NCBI GenBank assembly: GCA_046538485.1
Contig: JBKHIT010000043.1
Location: forward strand, 1 to 41,914
Length of the DNA: 41,914 nucleotides
Reading direction: 5' to 3'
DNA from: Candidatus Brocadiia bacterium
GTDB taxonomy: Bacteria; Planctomycetota; Brocadiia; SM23-32
Part shown: positions 25,313 through 35,825 of the stretch, piece by piece
Layout of the letters: the number at the start of each line of letters is the position of its first letter
Position numbering within the stretch: the stretch's first letter is position 1
Notes under the pieces: generated by a model
Databases searched by the model: none
What the model saw: the letters and a program-made list of their open reading frames with translations, nothing else
What the model was told of the DNA's origin: nothing
Translations under genes and position numbers: made by a program

Positions 25313-27751
25313 ATGTCAGAAAACCAGTCAGATCAGAAACAAAAACCCCAGTTACGTATGAAGCGTCCTCATCTGCAGAACTTGCCGCTTTCGCAGGTCG
25401 CATCTGGATATTGCATCCGCACTTATCGAAACGGCGATGCACGCAACTGGCAGGGTATCCTGGCGCAGTCCTTCGATCGAGATCCCGACAGTTTTTCGTT
25501 CGATAAAATGATGCGGCGGGACCCGGCTTTCCGGCCGGAAAGAATCTTTTTTGTGTGCCAGGACAAAGAACCTGTCGGAACGGTTTCAGAATGGCGCAGA
25601 CCGGCCGTGGACCCTGAGGCCGGAATTATCCACTGGCTCGGTGTGATGCCGGGGCATGGGGGAAAAGCTCTTGGCAGGTCGCTGGTAACTGAAGCCCTCC
25701 GGTCAATGGCCGAAAACGAGCTGAAACGGGCATTTTTGCTGACGGATGATTTTCGCCTCCCAGCGCTCAAGACGTACCTTAATTGCGGTTTTGAACCCCA
25801 GCTCGTCCATGAAAATCAACGGCAGCGTTGGAAAGACGTTTTTCAAAAACTCGGCTTGCCCCAACTTTCTGAACAATTTGCCCACATCCTGGATGGACCG
25901 TTATGGACGCCGCCCGATTTTCCTTCCGACGAATTTGACTATGATAATTTTATAAATAACCGGTTCCGCTGGCATTGTGACCGCAGTCCCGGCCGGCCTT
26001 CATCGATTGAATGCGATGCTCTGGCCGATGAAGGTCTTTATGCCCCCGCCGATTTGGGACGTGCCGGATGCAGCATTGAAAGCGTGCGCGCGGGGGAAGA
26101 CAAATCGTTTTCACTGTGGTTCGAGGTCGGACCGACTGCTCTTGAGGCCAGAACAGAAGTGAGCTTCGGCGTTCTTGGTCAGCGTCCCCTGGGAACTGGC
26201 ATTCAGACTGACGATCCGGATCGTCCGGGTTTTGCTGAACTGGAAGAGCCCTCCCCGGGAGAAAATATTGAGGTAACAGGTGCTGGATTCCGCGTCGTAA
26301 AGGAGCCCCTGTCCAAAGGTGACATCGTGCGACTGACGATCGGTGAAAAAGCGGGGTTCACGTGGACACCCCTGGCCGGTACCAAAGAAATGAAAGTGAT
26401 CGTCCAGCCTCCCGGAGAACACCAGCGACGTCTTCCTGAACCCGTTACCGTAGAGGTAGAACCGCGAGAAGCCGACCACATTGACGTTTTTTTCCCGGGG
26501 ACGGCTCGTCAGGACGAAGATGTGGTGGGACGTGTAGCCGTTCGGGATCGTTTTGACAATCGATGTCCCAGCGAAGATGACATAGATATTTCTTTCGGTG
26601 GGAAAAGTTACACAATACATCTGCAAAATGGGATCGGAAAGCTGGGTGAGCACTTTGCTGGCGACAATGCTATTCGTGCGGAAGTCACGGATGGTCCTTG
26701 TGGTCCTGGTGCCATGTCCAATCCTTGCGTTCCCGCGGCCGTACATAATCTGTACTTCGGCGATCTCCACTGTCATGATTTTACGTGTCCGGCGGAGGGG
26801 TGGACCGAAGAAGTCTATCGCTGGGCGATTGAAGACAAAAGGCTCGATTTTCTCTCGGTGCCGGTCCAGAACCACGCGCATCTGGACAATGAAAAATGGA
26901 CGATCGCCAAACACATGGCGGAAGTATTCCTGGACGAAGGACGATTTGTGACGTTTCCGGCATTTGAATGGCAACACTCGCATTATGGCGACAAAGTGGT
27001 GCACTATCTCGGCGGCAGCATGCCGTATCTGCCCGTTGACGATCCCAGGTCCGATCATCCGGCTAAACTTTATGAGACACTGCGTCGGACAGATGCATTT
27101 ATCATCAGCCACCATCCGGGGTACGAACTTGACCTGCACGTTCCTGGAACGGATTGGGAAGCCGTTGAAACGGATGTCGACAGGTTGGTCGAGATATGGT
27201 CGATGCACGGTTCAAGCGAAGGTTTCAATCCGAACGAGCGACCTCTCGTTTCGCCTCGGAGACCCGACGGAGTGATGGAAGCGTTACGAAGAGGGCTGCG
27301 CATGGGGATCGTTGGGGGTTCGGATAGCCACGGCGGCCGCCCCGGAGGTTCAGCGAAAGAGCCACGTCAATACTGGGGCGGACTCTGCGGTGTATGGGCC
27401 GAGAAACTCACGCGTCGGTCTTTGTTCGATGCACTCATGGCCAGGCGCACTTACGCGCTGACAGGCGACCGAATTGCCCTGCGGTTTGCGGTCAACGGAG
27501 AGCCCATGGGATCAGAACTGCCACCAACTGACGGACGCAAGATTGAGATTGAGGTGTGGGGTACCGACACAATTGAATCTGTGCAGCTGCTCCGCAATGG
27601 CACTGTGATCGAGGAAAACGCGCCGGGCTCAGATACATTCGAGCTGGAATACGAAGAAAAACGCGCCGAAACGCGCGCTGATTTTTACCATTGCCGGATA
27701 ACTCAACAAAACGGAGGGATGGCGGTATGCTCGCCCGTCTGGGTCGGGTGA
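25313..27751 (+). CDS. GNAT acetyltransferase fused to a PHP-like metallohydrolase (DUF3604/CehA-McbA-like), 812 aa
   Basis: N-terminus: IHWLGVMPGHGGKALGRSLV...LLTDDFRLPALKTYLNCGF. C-terminus: YFGDLHCH, FPAFEW, IISHHPG, VEIWSMHG, GIVGGSDSHGGRPG, RRTYALTG, CSPVWV. Confidence 0.85.
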   Translation: MSENQSDQKQKPQLRMKRPHLQNLPLSQVASGYCIRTYRNGDARNWQGILAQSFDRDPDSFSFDKMMRRDPAFRPERIFFVCQDKEPVGTVSEWRRPAVDPEAGIIHWLGVMPGHGGKALGRSLVTEALRSMAENELKRAFLLTDDFRLPALKTYLNCGFEPQLVHENQRQRWKDVFQKLGLPQLSEQFAHILDGPLWTPPDFPSDEFDYDNFINNRFRWHCDRSPGRPSSIECDALADEGLYAPADLGRAGCSIESVRAGEDKSFSLWFEVGPTALEARTEVSFGVLGQRPLGTGIQTDDPDRPGFAELEEPSPGENIEVTGAGFRVVKEPLSKGDIVRLTIGEKAGFTWTPLAGTKEMKVIVQPPGEHQRRLPEPVTVEVEPREADHIDVFFPGTARQDEDVVGRVAVRDRFDNRCPSEDDIDISFGGKSYTIHLQNGIGKLGEHFAGDNAIRAEVTDGPCGPGAMSNPCVPAAVHNLYFGDLHCHDFTCPAEGWTEEVYRWAIEDKRLDFLSVPVQNHAHLDNEKWTIAKHMAEVFLDEGRFVTFPAFEWQHSHYGDKVVHYLGGSMPYLPVDDPRSDHPAKLYETLRRTDAFIISHHPGYELDLHVPGTDWEAVETDVDRLVEIWSMHGSSEGFNPNERPLVSPRRPDGVMEALRRGLRMGIVGGSDSHGGRPGGSAKEPRQYWGGLCGVWAEKLTRRSLFDALMARRTYALTGDRIALRFAVNGEPMGSELPPTDGRKIEIEVWGTDTIESVQLLRNGTVIEENAPGSDTFELEYEEKRAETRADFYHCRITQQNGGMAVCSPVWVG

Positions 27752-27828
27752 GCGGCAGGGTAAACGGTCTGCGATAAATACCCCGGGGGCCGATAACCAG
27801 AAACCGTTTCCCACAAAACAGGTGGGCT

Positions 27829-28010
27829 CCGCGGCCGCAGCTATTTTAAAGAGGTAGTTATAATTCACTCGTCGAGATCTATATGGCGGGCCGTTGGCCC
27901 TTATGAACGCGACTTGAAGGGCTGAAAGCCCGGCATATATCGTTATGGGTGATGTCCTAAACGACTAACTTCTCTGATTAGCAGCTTCGTTAAAATGGCT
28001 GCAGCCGCGG
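27829..28010. repeat. REPIN/MITE-like long inverted repeat
   Basis: 21-bp arms CCGCGGCCGCAGCTATTTTAA and TTAAAATGGCTGCAGCCGCGG (19/21 complementary) enclose an inner inverted doublet GGGCCGTTGGCCCTT / AAGGGCTGAAAGCCC. Confidence 0.7.
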
Positions 28011-28187
28011 CACCGCAACATGTCGGGCTTCTCCATAACTCAGGGTCGTGAGCATCGAAGAACGGTTCTGCAGGCTCACAGCATGGCAACATGAAAGCGC
28101 AGATATTACTTTTTGTTGGCCGCGTTCTGAACTCCAGTCCCGCGGGGGCGGTTCTGAAGTCCAGTCCGCTCAGGTGTCAAAAGATCA

Positions 28188-28216
28188 TTGACATTCGATT
28201 GCCTAAACAGTATCAT
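28188..28216 (+). promoter_or_regulatory. Near-consensus sigma70 promoter with no conventional downstream gene
   Basis: TTGACA-N17-TATCAT, the same hexamers and spacing as the tRNA promoter. The -35 is half of a TGTCAA-N7-TTGACA dyad. Confidence 0.65.
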
Positions 28217-28719
28217 AGGCCTTTAATACTATTCGGTAGATAGAATATAAGTTCTGGATTTTTGCAGAGGCGTTAGATATTGCAGTCGAGGGTAATGGAG
28301 GTCATGAGAGGAACGGTGCTGTTCAGACAGCCGAAGGGTTAGGGGGTGAGAAACCTGAGTGAAAGTGAATAATCCCCCTAATCCCTTTGGGCATTCCGGA
28401 TGGATAGATTTTCAGCCGATAAAAGCAGCAAATGAGCAGGGGGGACGAAAAATGCTTTTTCGGTAAGTAAGCGGCCAGAGTACCGGGTTAGCGTGAAATC
28501 CGGACCACAGAGGGGGGCGCGCTCGGCGATTGTTAGGTCTCTTCGAGGGCATGGACATGGATTGGGGATTGGCCACGCCGACCCTGTGTTTGAAGCTCGG
28601 CTTATGTCCAGCGGGGCTCGAAGGTTTCCAGCTCTCATTTCGTCCTCAGGTGTCCGTTCAGGATTTAATTTAAGCAATCTCAGGGAACACGAAGGCCAAA
28701 ACGGGGAAAACCCACAAAC

Positions 28720-30837
28720 TTAAATGGAACGGACCACCAGCTTGAGCGGGCAGTTGTTGCAGGCGGGAATGGTTACCTGGATTCGGCCTTCGCCCGCTTC
28801 GGAAACGTCCAGACTTTGCCGATCCGCTCGGATGCCGGCTATGCGCGGATGAATGAACGTGACGGTAGTCTTTTCTGGCGCGCTGATCCGGCCATTTATA
28901 CCCCGCACGTGCAGACTCACCGGATTGTTTGAGAAAAACCCTGACTCTCCGTGCTGGAACGCGGTTCCCTTGCGTACAAAGTACAGGGCCACTGAATCAT
29001 CGACCATTCGAAAGAAGACTGCTTTCCCCTGAAACTGCATATTCTCGCCACGGCCGCATTGGGACCGGTCTTTAGAGAAGTAGAAGCGATCACTGATGGG
29101 GTCATGGTGGGATATCAGGATGCCATGGGCTCCTCCGTTACGGATCCGTTTGAATTCGGCTTTCATGTGCTTCTTGTTATGCGGAAACAGCACCATTGGA
29201 ATGCGGGCACAATCCTGCTCATCAACAGAATAGACGGCCGTCAGCCGGTAATGATCCGGGCGATTTGTTCGTTCCGAACCGGACGGCACCGACGTACATA
29301 TAACGCGCTCGGGCTCATTGCCATAGAACACAGCCAACCGATCAGCCTTCACTTCATTGAAAAGATTAATCTCGGCATCGTATTCCGTTTCCGGCCCGCA
29401 TACCTGTGGTCTGACGTCAGTGGAGGGATGCAGGTACTGATAAACTCTGTCTCCCGGGGTAGCCTCAACCTCATCCATAACAATAAAGTACCCGTTGGCG
29501 CCGTCCTGAGCATGTATAAAAAGAAGACTACGGGTAAACGAAGATCCATGCGGCAACGCCTCACCCGATAGCCCTGCGGCGTAATCAAACCCGTGTCCGG
29601 TCAGCCCCTCGTCCAGGCCTCCGCCCGATCGGGTGGAATGATCTTTTCCGTTAATAGTAAGCGTGTTGTTCATTTCCGCCGGGCGGGTCACCGGCCCAAG
29701 CCACCCGCCGTTCATCAGCAATCGCGCTCCATAGGCCGACAGGGAGATCGCATTGGTTTCCTGATGCGCGTGCCACATGGCCGGAGAAACGATGTTGTAA
29801 AGTGCCGCTCCCAGGGATTCAGGAGAGTCTTCGGGCTCACGGAAAAAAGCACCGCCATTGGGATATAGCTGGCTTGTCGGCACTTTCGGCTCATATCTTT
29901 TCCGCTTCAACACGTATGCCATCACATGGCCAGGGGGCTCCATTCCCTCAAGAGCCCAGGCCATGTACCGGCCGGCAAGCGGGTCGAAACGCCCGGCCCG
30001 ATAGGCCAGTGCCGCGTTCCTCACGTCTTTTGGAATGAAATCACCGAAGGCGTGCAGCTGTTTTGCCGGCGTGGCAGAGGAACCATACAGCCAGCGATAG
30101 AATTTCTTCAACCGGGGATTGTTATAGTATCGACGATCGATGCCGGTAAACTCCAGCACGTCGGCATAGCCAGTTTTCTGGAGTCGTCCATCCGTGCTGG
30201 CCAATCGGGCCCACGCGTAGTTGGTTGCGGTAACCATTACCCCATCGTCGGTCATCTGGCGTAAATAATGTTGGTAATAGGCGTCGTCGGGGGAGGTCCT
30301 TTCGCCGCTATAGATCTCCCAGGTCCCATGAGTACCATGGCGTGCCAGAGCCCAGGCACCTTTCCGATCGATCCGGTCGATCTGCCCTTGAATTACGCAT
30401 TCACACTCCTCGACCTGTCCGTGATCCAGGTCGTCGTAGACGATGTCCAACGCAATGATCCCGAGAAATGCCGCCCCCATGGGGGCAACGACGCCAGACC
30501 ATTTTTGCTCTTCGTCAAATTCGATTTCCATCAGGCCACGTGTGATCGCATCATGAACGAGACCGGCGAGGTGTGACCGACGCTGCGGTTCAACTATGTA
30601 AACCAACGCGGAGGCTGCCAGAAAGCTCTGGAGCCGGCGGACAAGCCTGTCCGTCTCAGCCATTTTCAAACCTTTCTCAACCCTCTGCAAAGCGTTGCCG
30701 TTCATCGTAGTCCACGGCTCGCGGCGGGCGCGTGCGCGGAGTTCGGGAAACTGGTCCCGTGTGCAGACGAGAAACGGATGTTCTCCTGATGAGGCAGAAG
30801 CTGGCCGGTTTCGACGAGTCTCTCGGTTCTCTGTCAT
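28720..30837 (-). CDS. Heparinase II/III-like (polysaccharide lyase-like) protein
   Basis: Helical N-terminal half; WHAHQETNAISLSAYGARLLMNGG; MNNTLTING; FTRSLLFI...YFIVMDEV...YLH. No signal peptide seen. Confidence 0.75.
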   Translation of the reverse strand: MTENRETRRNRPASASSGEHPFLVCTRDQFPELRARARREPWTTMNGNALQRVEKGLKMAETDRLVRRLQSFLAASALVYIVEPQRRSHLAGLVHDAITRGLMEIEFDEEQKWSGVVAPMGAAFLGIIALDIVYDDLDHGQVEECECVIQGQIDRIDRKGAWALARHGTHGTWEIYSGERTSPDDAYYQHYLRQMTDDGVMVTATNYAWARLASTDGRLQKTGYADVLEFTGIDRRYYNNPRLKKFYRWLYGSSATPAKQLHAFGDFIPKDVRNAALAYRAGRFDPLAGRYMAWALEGMEPPGHVMAYVLKRKRYEPKVPTSQLYPNGGAFFREPEDSPESLGAALYNIVSPAMWHAHQETNAISLSAYGARLLMNGGWLGPVTRPAEMNNTLTINGKDHSTRSGGGLDEGLTGHGFDYAAGLSGEALPHGSSFTRSLLFIHAQDGANGYFIVMDEVEATPGDRVYQYLHPSTDVRPQVCGPETEYDAEINLFNEVKADRLAVFYGNEPERVICTSVPSGSERTNRPDHYRLTAVYSVDEQDCARIPMVLFPHNKKHMKAEFKRIRNGGAHGILISHHDPISDRFYFSKDRSQCGRGENMQFQGKAVFFRMVDDSVALYFVRKGTAFQHGESGFFSNNPVSLHVRGINGRISAPEKTTVTFIHPRIAGIRADRQSLDVSEAGEGRIQVTIPACNNCPLKLVVRSI

Positions 30838-31288
30838 CGTTTGTCCTTTGTTCCGGGAGAGAGCATGCGCACCATCACTTTTACCAAGAGTCCAATGACA
30901 TTCTGGGGTTTTCCGAAGTGCCTTTTAAGGAATTCCCCGATGCAAGTCTGACTGATTTCGTTTATTATTTATTTAAGGTTATTGGAAACTCCGATGAAAT
31001 GACATTCGATCGATAGAGATAGACGGTGGCTGCATGCATTTCTGCCACACCTATTCGGAGCAGTCCCGTCTCTCCGGAGAGCCAGTGTGCCCGCGCTGGC
31101 TCGCCCGCCAGGGGTTAGAGGGATTGACATCTTTGAATCCACCCACCAGATATCCCTCTCCCCCTTCCGGAGAGTCTTGAGTTTTACTCATTAGCGACGT
31201 TTGTACTTTCCTTCCAAGCTTTTTTTGCCGTGTGAATTCGTTCCGTTTCTTTAGCAAACCCAACCGCAATAATTGGGAGAAAGATCTC

Positions 31289-31861
31289 ATGGAAGTACCG
31301 CTGGAGGTAAGTTTTCCGGACACGGACAAACCGCAAAATGCCGATGAGCTGATCCACGAACAGGTCGAACGGCTCGAAGAGGTTCACGACAATATCATCA
31401 GTTGTCACCTCACAGTCGAAAAGGTTCACGAACATAAGGAAACCGGGCACCCATTCCGCATCCGCCTGATGGTTCGTATGCCGCCCGGGCATGAGGTGAT
31501 CGCCACCAATAATCCGAATAAAGAAGATATGCACGACCCGTTCCATGTTGCGTTGCGGAAGGTTTTCGATCGGGCGCGACGGCAAATTAAAAAATTGGCC
31601 GAGCGCCAGCACGGCAAAACCAAAACACACCCCGAACAAGAACAGCAGGGCATCGTCACGAAACTATTTGAGGATGAGGACTACGGTTTCCTTCGGGCCG
31701 CGGAGACGAACGAGGAGATTTACTTTCACCGCAACAGCGTCCTGAACGATGCGTTCGACGCACTCCAGGAAGGTACGGTCGTCAGATACGTGGCCGAAAC
31801 CGGGATGAAAGGCCCGCAGGCCAGCACCGTGCATATCCAGGAACAGCCGGACGCCAAATGA
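31289..31861 (+). CDS. HPF/RaiA (S30EA) ribosome-associated protein fused to a cold-shock domain
   Basis: MEVPLEVSF...IISCHLTVEK...AL..VFDRARRQIKK followed by GIVTKLFEDEDYGFL...EIYFHRNSVL...KGPQASTV; GGAG RBS. Confidence 0.9.
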   Translation: MEVPLEVSFPDTDKPQNADELIHEQVERLEEVHDNIISCHLTVEKVHEHKETGHPFRIRLMVRMPPGHEVIATNNPNKEDMHDPFHVALRKVFDRARRQIKKLAERQHGKTKTHPEQEQQGIVTKLFEDEDYGFLRAAETNEEIYFHRNSVLNDAFDALQEGTVVRYVAETGMKGPQASTVHIQEQPDAK

Positions 31862-32074
31862 TCGGCGCCGGGGTGTGGCTGCGAATACGTTGAAGACATC
31901 TTGGCGCAGGAGCGATCTTTTGACAATCAGTCGGAGTCTCGGTGAAGCGTGCTCCTGCCAGGAAAATGGTAGCCTTTGCGAAGGCATCCTCCGGCAGTGC
32001 AAAGATACAGCTCCACTGACACTAGGTTTACGGACGGAAGACGCATTTTGGTCCTATTTCATATGGCTTTCTTA

Positions 32075-32160
32075 CCACCGGGTTCATCCCGGTGGAAGGG
32101 TACTTTTGCACTACCGGCGGCTGTTAAGAAACCAACGTCACCACCGGCTTGTTCCGGTGG
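32075..32160. repeat. Pair of REP-like hairpins
   Basis: CCACCGGG-TTCAT-CCCGGTGG (32075-32095) and CCACCGG-CTTGTT-CCGGTGG (32141-32160). Confidence 0.7.
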
Positions 32161-32202
32161 AGCGATACTTGATGTGCTGCGACATGAAATACCGCTTACC
32201 GG

Positions 32203-32307
32203 GTCATTGCGAGTCCATCGGAAGATGGGCGAAGCAATCTCGTCATCTTTTCAGCCCAACAGTGGAATTGCCGCGGCGTCCCGTTCCGCGGAACGCCTCG
32301 CAATGAC
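32203..32307. repeat. 105-bp palindromic REP/MITE-like element, copy B (inverted relative to copy A)
   Basis: GTCATTGCGAG...GAAGCAATCTC...CTCGCAATGAC; 13 mismatches against copy A. Confidence 0.9.
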
Positions 32308-32398
32308 GTAGTAAGCGTGGACGGCTCGTGGAGACACTGAGCTAATGAGACCCATTATGTTCCCAACAAGTATGACGCGGCACGGGAGACCGTTTTGT

Positions 32399-32513
32399 GG
32401 AGTACTGTGCCCTGGAACTGCTTTCATTGCCGGTTTACCTTTCTGTTTCGAAATTTTCGAGAAGGCCCGGCAAGCCGCGCGAACGACAAAGCGGTGGCAA
32501 GCCACCGCACTCC
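32399..32513. repeat. Degenerate inverted REP doublet
   Basis: AAAGCGGTGGCAAGCCACCGCACTCC (32488-32513) and a decayed inverted partner GGAGTACTGTGCCCTGGAACTGCTTT (32399-32424), 19/26 complementary. Confidence 0.6.
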
Positions 32514-32671
32514 CCTAACCGGCTGTCGCCGGCGGGGTTTATATGTGTGGCGAATGTAGTCGCGCCTGCTGTTAGTCGCTCTGTCTCAAGGGTCTGTTAT
32601 TCAAAATCCCTTGGACACAGAACGGGCTGGTGGCCCGCCTCCTGAACTCCAGCGCCGCAACCCGGCGCTGA

Positions 32672-34762
<2,091 letters not shown>

Positions 34763-34777
34763 ATAAGGAAGGCAACA

Positions 34778-35782
34778 ATGAAAATTACCGCATTCGAGGT
34801 CGAAGATTGGGAACGAGAAGCTTTTGCGGGACTTGCGGAAGCACACAACGTTGAGGTGCTCAACGAATCGCTCACCGAAGAGAACGCAGACCAGTACGAA
34901 GACAGCAATGTGGTGACAACTTTTATCTATTCTGAGCTGGATGAAGATGTGCTGGACCAGCTTTCGGAACTGAAAATGATAGCGACGAGGTCCACAGGTT
35001 GCGATCATATCCCCCTGGACTATTGTCGGGACCGGGGGATAACGGTATGCAACGTGCCGGAGTACGGAACACACACAGTGGCCGAACATGCTTTCGGGCT
35101 TTTGCTGACCGTGAGTCATAACCTGTATGAAGCGATCGACCGAACCCGGAAGGGGGATTTCAGCCCGCAGGGGCTTCGTGGATTCGACCTTCACGGGAAG
35201 ACGTTCGGTGTCGTTGGCACCGGTAATATCGGAAAGGCGGCGATAGGCATAGCGGAAGGATTTGGTCTGGATGTCGTCGCGTACGATAAAAAACCGGACG
35301 AAGAAGCAGCGCGCCAGCTGGGTTTTGATTACGTGGAACTGGATGAACTTCTGGAGATTTCGGATGTCATCAGCATCCACGTTCCGGGAACGCCTGCAAC
35401 ACACCATCTGATTTCGAACGAGGAGTTTGATAAAATGAAGGACGGCGTTGTGATTATCAATACGGCCCGCGGGAATGTGGTCGATGTGCAGGCGCTCGTA
35501 AAAGCTATCGCTGACCAAAAAGTGGCGGGCGCCGGGCTGGATGTCCTTCCTGAGGAGCCCACGATTCGGGAAGAAGCCGAGCTCCTGCGATCGGTGTACC
35601 AGCGGAAACATAATCTTGAGGAACTGCTCGCCAACCACGTTCTTCTGCATCTCCGAAACGTCGTGGTCACCCCCCATAGCGCTTTTAACACCAGGGAAGC
35701 CGTTCGAGAGATTTTGGAGACCACTGTTCAGAATATTAAATCCTATGCCGATGGCGAACCGAGCAATATCGTTAGAAGTTGA
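34778..35782 (+). CDS. D-isomer-specific 2-hydroxyacid dehydrogenase (D-lactate dehydrogenase-like)
   Basis: ATRSTGCDHI, NVPEYG..VAEH, GVVGTGNIG, INTARG, GLDVLPEEP, VTPHSAFNT. Confidence 0.92.
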   Translation: MKITAFEVEDWEREAFAGLAEAHNVEVLNESLTEENADQYEDSNVVTTFIYSELDEDVLDQLSELKMIATRSTGCDHIPLDYCRDRGITVCNVPEYGTHTVAEHAFGLLLTVSHNLYEAIDRTRKGDFSPQGLRGFDLHGKTFGVVGTGNIGKAAIGIAEGFGLDVVAYDKKPDEEAARQLGFDYVELDELLEISDVISIHVPGTPATHHLISNEEFDKMKDGVVIINTARGNVVDVQALVKAIADQKVAGAGLDVLPEEPTIREEAELLRSVYQRKHNLEELLANHVLLHLRNVVVTPHSAFNTREAVREILETTVQNIKSYADGEPSNIVRS

Positions 35783-35825
35783 CACCAAATCAGTGAGATA
35801 ATACAGCCGTAGTGGAGGTGCGGAA

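Noticed and set aside
28124..28167. Possible CRISPR array from 17-bp direct repeats
   Set aside because: Only two units with a 10-nt spacer, and no cas genes.
31875..32645. Short ORFs between HPF-CSD and ligA
   Set aside because: They cross palindromic repeats, lack protein-like motifs and have no clear RBS.
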